A DNA stretch of 63,801 bases, counting the filler, from Octopus bimaculoides (Eukaryota), in the NCBI RefSeq assembly GCF_001194135.2. It is 5 parts of 5 records of this genome, joined end to end, with 100 filler letters (N's around TTAATTAATTAA, not from the genome) between each part and the next. Parts side by side here need not be neighbours in the genome. Positions count along the whole stretch, not along the records: positions 35,037 to 42,907 come from NC_068996.1; positions 43,008 to 60,330 come from NC_068989.1; 3 more parts are not named here. One strand, written 5' to 3'. Below, piece by piece: positions 35,160 through 48,289 of the stretch. The first letter of the stretch is position 1; each line of letters begins with the position of its first letter. The notes under the pieces were generated by a model, which saw nothing but the letters and a program-made list of their open reading frames with translations, ran no database searches and had not been told where the DNA came from. The position numbers and the translations under genes were made by a program.

Positions 35160-35412
35160 ATACAAAGTATATAATAATGCAAATAAAATAAAATAAAATA
35201 AAAGCGGAGTGATGATAGTGATGTTGTCCTCCTGACACAGGAGGATCTCTAGGGATAATCCAGGAGCCCCACCGTTCAAGATCTCCATGAACACCAAGAG
35301 CAGGTGCCCTCACCAAATCCTGTCCTCCGACTCACAGGTCTAAACTTAGAGCGGCACCATCTACTCTTGCAATGTTCGCAACTTTCACCCACTTTACAAT
35401 AAACTCGCCCTG
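35160..35412 (-). mobile_element. Tx1/L1-type LINE 3' fragment, third copy
   Basis: cctcctgacacaggaggatctctagggataatccaggagcccc and caactttcacccactttacaataaactcgc are homologous to 6345-6510. Confidence 0.75.
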
Positions 35413-35444
35413 ATTATGATGACGTCGATGAAGATGATGATGAT

Positions 35445-35446
35445 GA

Positions 35447-35512
<66 letters not shown>

Positions 35513-35607
35513 AACAACAACAACGATTAGTACTAATGTTTCTGCTGCTGCTCTTGCTGCTGCTACAACTACTGTTGCTGCTGCTGCTACCAGTAAACCT
35601 ACTGCTG

Positions 35608-35647
<40 letters not shown>

Positions 35648-35663
35648 CACCACCACCACCACG

Positions 35664-35708
<45 letters not shown>

Positions 35709-35710
35709 GA
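35445..35710. repeat. Compound (CTA)n/(CAA)n/(CTG)n/(CCA)n trinucleotide microsatellite
   Basis: Directly visible; explains the poly-L, poly-P and poly-V ORFs. Confidence 0.95.
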
Positions 35711-35713
35711 TTC

Positions 35714-35888
35714 AAATTTTGGGCCCAGGGTCAATAAGTTGGGGGGGGGGGCACGAGATAAGTCAGTTATGTTGATGCTAGTGCTCAATAGGTAGTTATT
35801 TTATCAACCCCAATAGGATAAAAGGCGAAGTCGATCCCGGCGGAATTTAAACCCAGAACATAAAATCGGACGAAATGCTACTAAGCAT
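35714..35888 (-). mobile_element. SINE family A copy (diverged)
   Basis: gtagttattttatcaaccccaataggataaaaggcgaagtcgatcccggcggaatttaaacccagaac...gacgaaatgctactaagcat. Confidence 0.75.
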
Positions 35889-36169
35889 AGATAGAGTAAT
35901 AAAATTTATCAACGATTTCAAGGTATATGGTAAGTAGCGAAGCTCAGGTCAGTTTCTTTAGTGGGCATCAAAATGGAATTTGGTTATAAAAACATGTAAA
36001 GGAATATTCGTGACAAAGGGGTAAATTCTACAGAACTTGAAGTTATAGAATTACAGCAAGGGAAATCATGTAATAGATTGATGATACTAGGTATAAATAC
36101 CCAGTCACATTAATAATTGGCTTAGATTAATTAATTTGAGTGCTTCCAGTTCTTTCAATCTCTAATATT

Positions 36170-36202
36170 GTTGTTGTTGTTGATGTTGTTGTTATTATTA
36201 TG

Positions 36203-36270
<68 letters not shown>

Positions 36271-36517
36271 CATCATCATCATCATCATCATGATCATCAT
36301 CATCTTCTTTCAATCCTGTTTCCATTTCTTGCCGAGTATCCTCCTGACACTTAGGGCAGCTAATCGCACTATATTCATTGGTAGGTCAATAAAATAAACA
36401 CACCAGATTGTTCTTCTACAAAGTCATGTGATGGAGTAAAAGGGGAATTATTATTATTATGATTGTTGTTGTTGTCGTTGTTGCTGTTATTATTATCATC
36501 ATCGTCATTAACATCAT

Positions 36518-36580
<63 letters not shown>

Positions 36581-36612
36581 TATTAATATTATTACTATTA
36601 TTATTTTATTAT
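36170..36612. repeat. (GTT)/(ATT)n/(ATC)n compound microsatellites
   Basis: Two arrays, 36170-36305 and 36445-36612. Confidence 0.9.
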
Positions 36613-37486
36613 TGTTCAGTAGCTTTATTTTTATAACGTGCTTTCACTTCACTACCGAGCACAGCTCTGTGTGCCTTGGGTATGTGATGTGGTTTGCTGT
36701 GATGCTCTTATGGTTACTGTATTGAAAGTGTTTTGTGTAGGATGTGTGCAGTGCCCAGTAGTGCAATTTTCTGTATGTTATATATATTTGTAAGTCCTGG
36801 TGTTTTTGTTATGTATTTGTCTGAATATTTTTATTATTATACCTAAGGCACCTACTATGATAGGAATTGTTTCTGTTTTTAGATTCCACATTTGAGTTAC
36901 CTCTATTTCCAGGTCTTTGTATTTTGAAAGTTTTTCCATTTCTTTTCNNNNNNNNNNNNNNNNNNNNNNNNNNNNNNNNNNNNNNNNNNNNNNNNNNNNN
37001 NNNNNNNNNNNNNNNNNNNNNNNNNNNNNNNNNNNNNNNNNNNNNNNNNNNNNNNNNNNNNNNNNNNNNNNNNNNNNNNNNNNNNNNNNNNNNNNNNNNN
37101 NNNNNNNNNNNNNNNNNNNNNNNNNNNNNNNNNNNNNNNNNNNNNNNNNNNNNNNNNNNNNNNNNNNNNNNNNNNNNNNCTGTGATCTTTTCTGACGTGT
37201 GTTTATACTATCTTTTTTCTGTTGTTATTCCATAGTGTTGGCATAGCTTCCAGTGTATATAGGTCCCAGCTCTGTCGTGTCTGTGAATATATTCCTTCTT
37301 AGTCAAGACTGGGCAGCCAGAGATAATATGATTTATTGTTTCTTGTCCATCTCCACATATTCTACAGTTACTTGTTATGTTTCTTTTCATTATATGTTTT
37401 TGGTAATTTCTGGTGGGGAGGCTTTGGTCTTGTGCAGCAATTAAAAATCCTTCAGTCTCTGCTTTGAGTCCTGAGCTTCTCAACCA
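36612..37486 (-). mobile_element. R4/Dong-like RLE non-LTR retrotransposon 3' fragment (copy 1)
   Basis: WLRSSGLKAETEGFLIAAQDQSLPTRNY; zinc knuckle CRICGDGQETINHIISGC; 3' UTR ending at (AAT)n. Confidence 0.88.
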
Positions 37487-37567
37487 TCATCATCGTCGTC
37501 ATCGTCATTATCATCATTATTATTATTATCATCATCATCATCGTCATCGTAGTTCATCATCATCGTA

Positions 37568-37600
<33 letters not shown>

Positions 37601-37624
37601 TAAGTTTATTGATTTAGATATAAT

Positions 37625-40470
37625 GATATTTAAATGGTACCTGGCACATGCCGCACAGTGCTAAGAAGAGAAAGGAGAAATATCCCGACATATTTCTCAT
37701 GACGTCATCAGCAATTTTCTATATGTGAAAAATATTGAAGGTGGCTGAGTTGATGGAAAAGAAATTAAGAGCTTTGCGTAAGAGTATCTCCGAAGACTTC
37801 TGAAACAGAAGAAATATGTCCCAAGCAATCAATATATGGGTGATTGCATTATTGAATTACGGTACAGATATTATATCAGTCGGAGGAAAGAGTAGTTGCA
37901 GAGACTTGACCAAATATTGAGAAAACAACTCATAATGTAGGGACCATTTAATCCAAGAACGATGTTGACAGGTTGTATCTTACAAGGCGAAAATGTAGCC
38001 GTGGTTTAATCTGCCTTAAAAATTCTAATTGCTCAGAACAAAATAACTTTGGTTGTGCATCGAGAGTCCCTTGATGGTTCTGGTGAAAATACCTGACATT
38101 TCTCTTCTGAAAGAGCTGGTGCATGCGATCATGTTAGCCAGATAGGAGGATACAGAAACAACATACAGGAATGAAGGAACGCAAAAATAAGGATGAACTT
38201 AATGAAATCCTTAAGAAACTGGCAGAAATTGAAAGAACTGGAAGCCCCCAAATTAATTACTTTGTGGTTAGTGGATCGAACCAAGTTTAAGAAACTGATT
38301 GATAAAATTGATAGAAACACCCGTGGAAACAATATAAGTATTAATAGGTACTAATTTAGTTGCAGAAATGTTAGGGAAAAAAATCAAAAGAAGGACCAGG
38401 AGATACCCCAGTGGAAAATGGGGTATGGTAATGTAGATGCAAGCCTTGAGAAAATATAAGTAAACTGGAGCAATGGAAGCAGGGTCAATTAAAGAAAGAA
38501 GAGAAAAGTAGATTAGAGGAACTACAACAAGCTAGGAAAAAGACAGAACAATAACTGAAAAACTAAAGCAGAGTGTAAGGGCAAAAACTGCCACACAGAA
38601 AACGGAGTAAACAACTAATTGTCTATTCAACTAGAGACGCCTATTTGATATTATTCTTTTATTTTTTTACTTGTTTCAGTCATTTGACTTCGGCCGTGCT
38701 GGTGCATCGCCATGCCAGGAATCGAATCCGGGCCGCCAGAGTGAAAGTAGGTGACAATTTATAGCGTAAGACCTAATGGTGAAAAAAAAAAACTGTTTTG
38801 AGAAGCAATTTATGGAATGAATTTCAGACTCAGTAATAGAGCACAATAGATTGATTACAGATGCGCAGAAAGATATTATACCATTACGAAAGTATATAAT
38901 CAAAAGATATTACAAAGGGAGGAAAATGAAAAGCAGCGGGAGCAGGCTTTTTTCACAGAACTAACTGAAAAGTTTTATGAGCATCGATCCCGGTACAACT
39001 AAATGAGTGTATGGAAGAGTGTAGGGCAAACAAAACGAAAAACCTGTCTTAATATTGAAAGACAAATTGAAAAGAAATGCTGTCTCGAATTATTGATTGA
39101 TTAGGCGACTACCAATTATGTGGAAAGTTTTGACAATGATACTTACAAAAGAAGTATAGCAACGGGTATACCAGAAGCACCCAATAACTGGTGAGCAGAA
39201 AGGTGGTAAAAAAAAAAGCCATGAAGATGAAAGATCAATAAATGATTGATATGACGACATTGTGAAATTATGAAAACAGAATTACAAATGATATATCGCG
39301 TGGATTGATTATAGAAATGCGCACGAAGATTATAGATATGCATATGGAGATCAAGCGACGCCTAGAGCTCTTCGAGATCTCGATCAAAGATAGATGCTTG
39401 TTAGAAGATATTATGCGTCATTAGAGAGTAGATTTAACATTTGAAGTAGAAAGATTGAGATATTCAAATCAGAAGAAAAATTTGTCGAGGGGACAACTTC
39501 TCTCCATTTCCAATCGCACTGATTCCGTTGTTAATCACTTGATAGAAAAAAAATTAATATTGATAATGTAAAGACAGAAAAAGTAAATATTCTTCTATTT
39601 ATGGATAATTTAATCGCGACGAAGAAAAGAACCAACTTGACTCCATGTTTGAACCTGCAATAATATTCAGTAACATTTGGATGACTTTCAGAATGGAAAA
39701 ATGTAGTGTGAGAAGTGAAACGGAAAAGCTCTTGAGAAGTACTAGTAAGATGGGAATTTAAAATCATTAAAAGTAGATTACACATATACCTAGAAATACT
39801 GGAAAAAAATCAAAATCAAAAATAATGAAATGAATGGAACGCTTTGTAAAAACACTCTTTCGCAGAATAAAGATTCTAAAACTTAAATTGAATACGGGAG
39901 ACACTTGAATCAATCCATATGAGAGCAATACCTGTAATAAGCTATTGATAATGAATTGCTGAATGGAGAAAAGAAGAGTTGATGGATATCGACAGGGAAA
40001 TGAAGAAGCAGTTCACTCTCGACTGAAGCGTGTATCTTAATTTGATGTGGACCGGTTATACTGGAAGAAACACAGGAAGAGGAAGTGGCTTGAGCGTCAT
40101 AAAGTCTAAGTTCATATCTACAGGATAAATAAAAAAAATCATTCCTTATGAAAGTAACAAGTGAATGACTTTATAGAATGTTCTAGACGCTAAAGAGAAA
40201 ATTAGAATATATAGTAAAAGAAAGACATACTTGGAAGGAGAGTTTCATTCAGCCCTTTTCAAAACCCCAGGGATGACGAGTAAATACTTACTGCAGCAAG
40301 AGAAAAGAGTAGTGAAAAAAAGAGACTTACAAAATTATTTTTATATAAATTAGAAAAAGATGACGACAAAGCAGTTGCAGTGTTCATCGAAGTAAATGCA
40401 GAATGTACAAGTATTCAGGTGAAATCATAGCTAACATTATATTAGAATGTCCAGAGATAGCTAAAGAATG
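37625..40470 (+). mobile_element. Highly decayed R4/Dong-like LINE RT fragments
   Basis: Residual motifs DVDRLYLTRRKCSRGL (~37965), WIDYRNAH (39301), a (Q)GD..SP-like stretch (~39485), FMDNL (~39598, YMDD-like) and DVDRLYW (~40040). Many stops; interrupted by SINE/tRNA pieces at 38660-38765. Confidence 0.6.
38703..38765 (-). pseudogene. Degenerate tRNA-Gly-like 3' half
   Basis: Minus strand ggcggcccggattcgattcctggc...gatgca resembles the tRNA-Gly T arm and acceptor end. Confidence 0.4.
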
Positions 40471-40489
40471 TGTCAGTATAATATAGTTT

Positions 40490-40655
40490 CAAATTTTGGC
40501 ACAAGGCCAGCAAGTTCAGAGGAGGAGGAGGAGGCAAGTCAATTACATCGACCTCAGTGTTCAACTGCTACTTATTTTATTGACCCCAAAAGGATGAAGG
40601 TTAAGGTCAGAACGTAAAGACGGACGAAATACTGCTAAGCAGTTTGTCCGGTCTG
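40490..40655 (-). mobile_element. SINE family A copy (internally deleted)
   Basis: aaattttggcacaaggccagc...aagtcaattacatcgacctcagtgttcaactgctacttattttattgacccc...cagaacgtaaagacggacgaaatactgctaagc. Confidence 0.8.
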
Positions 40656-41091
40656 AGGTGTAGGTATAATGGAAGACCTTGCAGTATTTATTCTGCATCT
40701 TTGCGTTCCAAGTTCTCGAGTGTGACCTAGTTAAACTAGGTAGGCTGATACCTAGTTAAACACTACCACCAGCTGGTCTTTATGTATCCTTAGCAGGGGT
40801 CGCCCTCTTGCAAAGATTTGGACCTAATCTCCTGTATGAATGCAACGTCATCTCGTTATCAACGCTAACCTCACTGGACTCGACTAAAAATAAGTTATAA
40901 GGGGCGCTACGCATCTGGTCATGTCAGGTTGATAGAAAAGTAATTTCACATGGAAATGTTACAAGGACAACAGTGATGGATGATGACAACAATGATGACG
41001 ACGATGAAGATGACTATGGTAATGATGATGACGATGACGACGACGATGCCGATGTTAATAATGACTGTTATTATTATTATTATTATTATTA

Positions 41092-41849
41092 TTCAGTAGT
41101 TTTATTTTTATATCGTGCTTTCACTTCACTACCGAGCGCAGCTCTGTGTGCCTTGGGTATGTGCTGTGGTTTGCCGCAATGCTCTTATGGTTACTGTATT
41201 GAAAGTGTTTTGCGTAGGATGTGTGCAGTGCCCAGTAGTGCAATTTTCTGTATGTTATATATATATTTGTAAGTCCTGGTGTTTTTGTTATGTATTTGTC
41301 TGAATATTTTTTTATTATAAGTAAGGCACCTACTATAATAGGAATTGTTTGTTTTTAGATTCCACATTCGAGTTACCTCTATTTCCAGGTTTTTGTATTT
41401 TGAAAGTTTTTCCATTTCTTTTAGAGAAACGTTGTCATCTGCTGGTATTGATACATCAATTAGAAAGCATTTTCTTTCTTCATGATCTTTGACAACTATA
41501 TCTGGTCTATTTGCCTTAATTTCTCTATCTGTGTGTATTGGCATATCCCAGAGTATGGTTGCTTTCTCGTTTTNNNNNNNNNNNNNNNNNNNNNNNNNNN
41601 NNNNNNNNNNNNNNNNNNNNNNNNNNNGAATATATTCCTTCTTAGCCAGGACTGAGCAGCCAGAGATAATATGATTTATTGTTTCTTGTCCATCTCCACA
41701 AATTATACAGTTACTTGTTATGTTTCTTTTCATTATATGTTTTTGGTAATTTCTGGTGGGGAGGCTTTGGTCTTGTGCAGCAATTAAACATCCTTCAGTC
41801 TCTGCTTTGAGTCCTGAGCTTCTCAACCATTGCTAGGATTTTTCTCTGT

Positions 41850-41852
<3 letters not shown>
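41092..41852 (-). mobile_element. R4/Dong-like RLE non-LTR retrotransposon 3' fragment (copy 2)
   Basis: KAETEGCLIAAQDQ, CIICGDGQETINHIISGC, RLE motif NRPDIVV...IDVSIP...EKLSKY and QKIALLGTAHILRKTLSIQ*. About 95% identical by eye to copy 1; (AAT)n tail. Confidence 0.9.
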
Positions 41853-41897
<45 letters not shown>

Positions 41898-41960
41898 GAG
41901 TGAGACAGCAGTGCATGCCATCAAAGTGACACTAGGGTAAAATATACGAAGCCCAGTATG
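41898..41960 (-). mobile_element. Family C terminal fragment embedded in (ATT)n
   Basis: The reverse complement matches 18070-18129. Confidence 0.75.
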
Positions 41961-42618
41961 TTATTATTATTATTATTATTAGGAGGAGGAGGAAGAGGAG
42001 GTAGAAGAGAGTTGGAGGCAGAGTAGGATGGTGATGATTACTGACGACGACGATGGTGACGATGATGATAATGCTGACAATGACGATGGCGATGACAACG
42101 ACGACAGTGATGAAGACGATGATAACGTTACTGTTGATGAAGATGATGATGAGGAAGATGAATTGAGTAAGAGGAGAAATGCGATGATGTGAAAAGCGAG
42201 AACGACGACAATGAAGTTGAGTGTGGCGATAACGATGTCGACGACAACGAGGAAAATGATGACAACAGTGACGTCATTCACAACAATGATGACGGCTACG
42301 ATAGTAGTGAAAACTGAGGAGCGATCATAACAGTAACGATAACTTGTCGTTTATTTATAACTTTGGTAAAAAAAAAAAAAAAATAGAGACATATGATCAT
42401 GTCCTACCAGCCGTTTCACACTAACCTTTTATCAGGACATATTTCCAGTGTCATCCAGTTCCTTCTTTTATGTAGTTTAAAGATTTGACAACTGTTTGTA
42501 GCAGATGAAGCGAGTACGCAGTTTTCTTCTTGGTTGACAATGATGACGTTGGTAGTGTTGATGGAAATTTTGAGTAACCTATGATTAATGATATTCCTCA
42601 AGTGTGTATGTATGTATG

Positions 42619-42649
<31 letters not shown>

Positions 42650-43093
42650 GTAAATATGTACTTATTTATTTATGTATGTACGTATGTAAATATGTACTTA
42701 TGTATTTATGTATGGGTGTGTGTGTGTATGTATTTATGTATATACAGATGTATGTATGTATTTATGTATATATAGATGTATGTATGTATGCATGAATGAA
42801 TGTATGGATGCATGGATGTGTATGTATGTATGCATATATGTATGTAGATACTTACGAATACGTGCATGAATGCACGGATGCTTGTATGCATGTGTACATA
42901 TATGAATNNNNNNNNNNNNNNNNNNNNNNNNNNNNNNNNNNNNNNNNNNNNTTAATTAATTAANNNNNNNNNNNNNNNNNNNNNNNNNNNNNNNNNNNNN
43001 NNNNNNNTATATATATATATATATATATACTTATGCATACATACATGCATATATATACACACACACACACACATACAAACATACATACATACA

Positions 43094-43126
<33 letters not shown>

Positions 43127-43159
43127 GCATACATATATACATACATACATATGTAAAAT

Positions 43160-43337
43160 TAATAGTAGTCACAAAAGTGACAGAGTACTGACTAGCACTG
43201 CTTTTGCTAAAGAAAATAGTTAAAATAACTCAAAATCTACAAGACAGTGAGCTTGTGGTTTTTGAGTTATTTTAACTCTTATCTTTAGCAAAATCGGTGC
43301 TAGTCAGTACTCTCTGTCACTTTTCTGACCGTTATTA
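43160..43337. mobile_element. Foldback inverted repeat (~80-bp imperfect arms, ~20-nt spacer); probable MITE
   Basis: aaaagtgacagagtactgactagcactgcttttgctaaagaaaatagttaaaataactcaaaa vs reverse complement of the right arm aaaagtgacagagagtactgactagcaccgattttgctaaagataagagttaaaataactcaaaa. Confidence 0.75.
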
Positions 43338-43511
43338 GTATTGCTTTTAGGTTCTAATTGCTAATAAGCTACACTTTTTAATTAGTTACATATATATGTA
43401 TCCGTACTTGTATTTCTTCTCTTTTCTCAGTTATGAGCATATTTTACAAAGTATAGCATTTAGTTAATCAGGTAATTTTAAAAAGGAACCTAAATTTGTA
43501 CTGAATTCTGT

Positions 43512-43720
<209 letters not shown>

Positions 43721-46134
43721 GGTTTCTCTCTATATACACGCATATACATATATATATGTATGTATATATATGAGTATATGTATATGTGTGCCCATATAGT
43801 TGTATATATATTTATTGATTGTCACAGAATTATTAAAGTATTTCTGTACATTAAGAAAAATATCTAATCTAGACAAATTTATTTGTGTGATATTTGGAAT
43901 GTAATGATGAAAAAAATTTAATACAGTCTATTAAATGCGCGCACAAAAAATAAGGTTTTGAACCTGATCTCTAAAAAAACACAAGGCTGGAATATTTTTT
44001 TAATGTAATATTAAAAGTGATATATTATTGAGATATTTTAGATATCTCAACTAACATTTTACTATTTCTATCTGAAAATAAAAATAAAATATCTGCTGTA
44101 ATCGGTTAATAACTGGTCGAGTTCTGCTTTGCTGTTTTACCAACAATTGGTGTATATAAACTGTTGAGCCGAAAACAACTTGGTTTGTACACTATTTGTA
44201 TATTGGAGATACGTTTGGATGATTAACTCACGGATAAATTAGTCCTTTCATTTCCGGAGTTGAGAACTACATATTTCACACTTTCATTACTCTTCTCCTG
44301 CCGACTAAGAATATTTCAACTAATATTTAGTTTCTAAGACTCATATTTCAAATATATCAATCAGAAGTTGGCACCTACATTGAAACATTAAAACTATTAT
44401 TTAGGAAAAGTGTAAAGAATATTTTTTCAGCTTAAATGATTGCACATTAATTCCAAAATTAAATACCCTTCGTGTTATATAAAATTTATACATAATATAT
44501 TTGATGTAATGCTTTATTTAATTCGGTTCTGATTAGCATAAAAGTGAGGATTAGATAAAAGATTAGTTATATGTTTATTTTGAAATTTCATCTTTTTGTT
44601 TGAACAAGAAATTACCTCTAGTAAAGCTTCGATTCATAGCAAAAGAATCCATAAAATATAAGTTGCATAACAAGATCTCTTTTCGAATATTAAAATAGTG
44701 TAGTATGTAAATATCTCAAATAAATTAATCTGGTCCCTTTCATCTTTGAAAAGCAGAATCATTTTCCCTTCTATTTTCTACTCAACTAACAGAACACACG
44801 TTTAGATTTAAGTCTTCGTCGCCCCCTGCACACAAACATAAGCCAATTTTGTTCAATAAAAATACTGAAACAAAAGTTAAGTATGTTTATACGTTTCATC
44901 TTTTAAACCCCAAGGGGTTTCTGCTGAAACAACTGAAGGGAGAGCAGAATTGTCTGTGAGGGTGCACATCTTGATCTTCTTTCTGTCATTGCAGGCGTTA
45001 GCTTCGATAAAAATGCTTCAAACAAAGATTTCCATTATGTGACATAAATCACAGCACCAAAAAATAAAATTAAAAAGCAAATTAATTGTTTAAAGCGATG
45101 ATAAGCGCTTGAGATCCAAGAAAGGAACCTCCCATAACACATTGCATTTGATGGAAAGAATAGAGCTTCTTGAGTAATAAGGCGTGATGTGCTGTCACTC
45201 ATCTAAAAAGCGACATTGATGGAGTCTTTTGAAATCCCATTGTAAAACTTTAATTGGAATTAAATTTCTATTAGAGACGAAGTGGGTTTCTTGCAAGTGT
45301 CAAAGCCCTCAACAAGATTTTGCTCAGCATTCTATAATCTGAAGTTTTGACGAATTTCCGAAACAATAACTATTGTTTTTATTTGTTTGCTATTTTTTTT
45401 TCTTATTTTATTTCTAAATTATTATTGATATAATGAACATTTTGTTGACTGAGCAAAATATATGAAAAAGGTTAACTTAATCAGATTTGATAAATGTAAA
45501 GTAAACAAAGCTGAATGAGTAAATATTTAGAAACGCATATAATTTCTGAACACATCTTTGTAATTAATAACAATAAAATTGCGTAAAACTTTGAAAAAAT
45601 ATTATGAAATAACTGTATGTAGTTAGGTAAACAGCTATTACAAAATTCAAATAAGCAAACAAGTTATTAGAAAAATATTTAGTGAATAATAAGTATCTAT
45701 GTTCTACATAGCATCAATGTTTAAACCATAAAATTAAATTGAGCTTCAGTATTCATCAAGGTAAAGTTAAATTTAGCCTCACTATTAGTCTAGATATAAT
45801 AACGGGAAAATGTTTTGAACATAGTTTGGATATGCATAATATAGTTATGAACGTGTTTTAATCGCGTAATAAAGTATTCATTTCTAGTAACCTCTCATAT
45901 CGTTAGTGTATGAGCGTTATATGCATACAAAAATAGTCATATATATTCACGCACACACACACATACACACACACACACATACACACACACACACACACAT
46001 ATACACACACCCATACACACACACATACACACACAGAGGCATGTATTGACATACACACACAACTATTGTGTTTGGATGTGTGTGCTTGTATGTGTGAGTG
46101 TGTGTTTGTAGTGATATATTTTCATCTTATCTTA

Positions 46135-47825
46135 ATATTATCTTCTTTGTCCGCTCATTCCTCGGAGGGTTATGGAGGCAGAGTTCTCAAGCATGCCTTC
46201 CATCGGGTTCTGTTAGAAACTACCGTCTCCAACTGATCAGGCTGTATACTCAAGCGAGACCAACTAAACTCATGGATGTTATCAAGCCATCGTGTTTGCA
46301 GTCTGCCCTTGAATCTCCTGTCGGTTGGTTTTTGTCCGCAAAACCTGTCCGATGATTCTTTCCAGAGATATTTTTACCACATGTCCATAGTATGGGAGTC
46401 GTGGTCTCTGAATTTGAAAACGTGGTGGCTCTAAGTGGAGCGTCTCTGTGGTCTCCGAGCATTGCACTCTATTGAGTAACGCTACTTCAAAGATTCTTCG
46501 GAGGAATCCCATCTCGGCTGCTTGTATTCGCGATCGTATTCTTGCGGTCACTACCCAGATTCATGACCATAGTTATGGATAGACACGAACTCCGAACTGA
46601 AGATTACTAGTTTGGTTTCTGCACCTACTTCCCTTCTTCTGATGACTGAATGCATTAATACATCAGCTCCAGCAATTCTTGCATTTAACTCAGGCTGTCG
46701 CCTTCAATCACTCGGGAAAACAACCAAGACACTTGAACTTCTCCACGTTCTTCAGCGGAACTCTGCTCACACGTAGAATGTGTAAGCTTCATTGAGAGGA
46801 CGAGTGTCTCAGTCTTCGCAACACTGATTTTCATTCCTGCCGAGCAGCACTCAGCAGCAAACATATCAAGTGCATCTTGGAATTCACCTTCCGACAAGTC
46901 GAGCAGTACCATGTCTGATCCTACACCCGCTGGTCTCGTTATGCTTCCAGCCTGGTTGCGCATGTCAGTCCTGTCTACGAAAATTATGAACAGAATAGGT
47001 GACAGTATACGCGCCCTTGGTGGAGTCCAACATCCACATTAAATGGCTTCGACTTAGCACCTTTTATCCGAACACAAATACTAGGGCATTTGTTTAGGGA
47101 TTTTAAGGCAACAAGAAGCTGTCCATCGATCCAATATTCCTGCAAAATCTTCCACCACATACTTTTCGTATGCCTTTTTGAGTTCTACGAAACTAGCATA
47201 CACCTCTTAGCCGTATTCCTACAATTTCCCGAAGAACTGTCGCAGTACTATTATTTAGTCGGCTGTGATGCGACCGCGTCAAAAACCACAGTGTTCGTTA
47301 GTTACCGTGGAACCAACAATATCCCTACATCTCTTTGCCAGACGTCCAGCATAGACTTTACCGAGGAGGCTCAATGGGAGATTACTTTATAATTAGAGTA
47401 ATTCCTCTTTTCCTCCTTTTTGAAAATTGGGATTATCACTCCTGATTGCCACTGCTCAGGTACCCTCCCAAGGATCCAGGCCAACTTGTACAAACATATC
47501 AGCCAGAAAATATCATCGCTATTTAATGACTTGAACATCTCGGGTTGAATTTCATCCTTTCCAGAAGTCTTGCCACATTTGAGCTCTTTAATTGCTCTTG
47601 TAACCTCGGTTGTAGCTGGGTTTAGGAGATCAGCAAAGTATTCTCTCCACCTCGCAAGGATGCACCTCTCTTCAGAGAGAAGAACTCCAGACGAGTTCCT
47701 GAAAGCAGGCGTGGAGGGGGATTTCTTACTACGAAGTCAGCAGATGGTCTGCCATAATACTTTACTTGCTCATCTAAAGATTGATTTCAGCTTAACTTCA
47801 AAGTCCTTCCATGTCTTAACTTTGT
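46135..47825 (-). mobile_element. RTE-clade LINE ORF2 remnant (linker, RT, C-terminus)
   Basis: WREYFADLLNP, TSGKDEIQPEMFK, WQSGVIIPIFKK, ILFIIFVDR, AGMKISVAKTE and IQAAEMGFLRRIF...YYGHV. Frameshifted. Confidence 0.88.
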
Positions 47826-48052
47826 ATACCTTTACTGTCTTTCTCTCTCCCCTACCCTCTCTCTCATTATCTCTCTCTTTATATATATATATATACATGT
47901 ATATATATATATATATTTATGTATATTAATATAAATATAGACAATATATATATGTGTGTATATGTAAATATATATGTGTGTGTGTGCGCGATTGTGTGTG
48001 TGCACGTTTGTGTGTGTGCGCGCGTTTGTGTGTGTGTGCATGTGTGTGTGTA

Positions 48053-48090
<38 letters not shown>

Positions 48091-48289
48091 CGAGAGAGAG
48101 AGAGAGAGCGAGAGAGAGAGAGAGAGAGAGAACGTCATGCCTACGGGCCGGATGCGGGAGCATGCTCATGATTGATATAATGCCAATCGATCAGAGGTCT
48201 TTTTCTGATTCCAGTCTAGGGTATCTATATATGTAACAGTTACATCATTATTTCAGATATGAGAGCATTACTTCATTGTGGGCCTCGCT

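Noticed and set aside
35414-35788. Poly-Leu/Pro and poly-Val ORFs
   Set aside because: Translations of compound trinucleotide microsatellites.
43860-45900. Unique AT-rich DNA scanned for host exons
   Set aside because: Only short frames with in-frame stops and no recognisable protein motif; any host gene remains unsupported.
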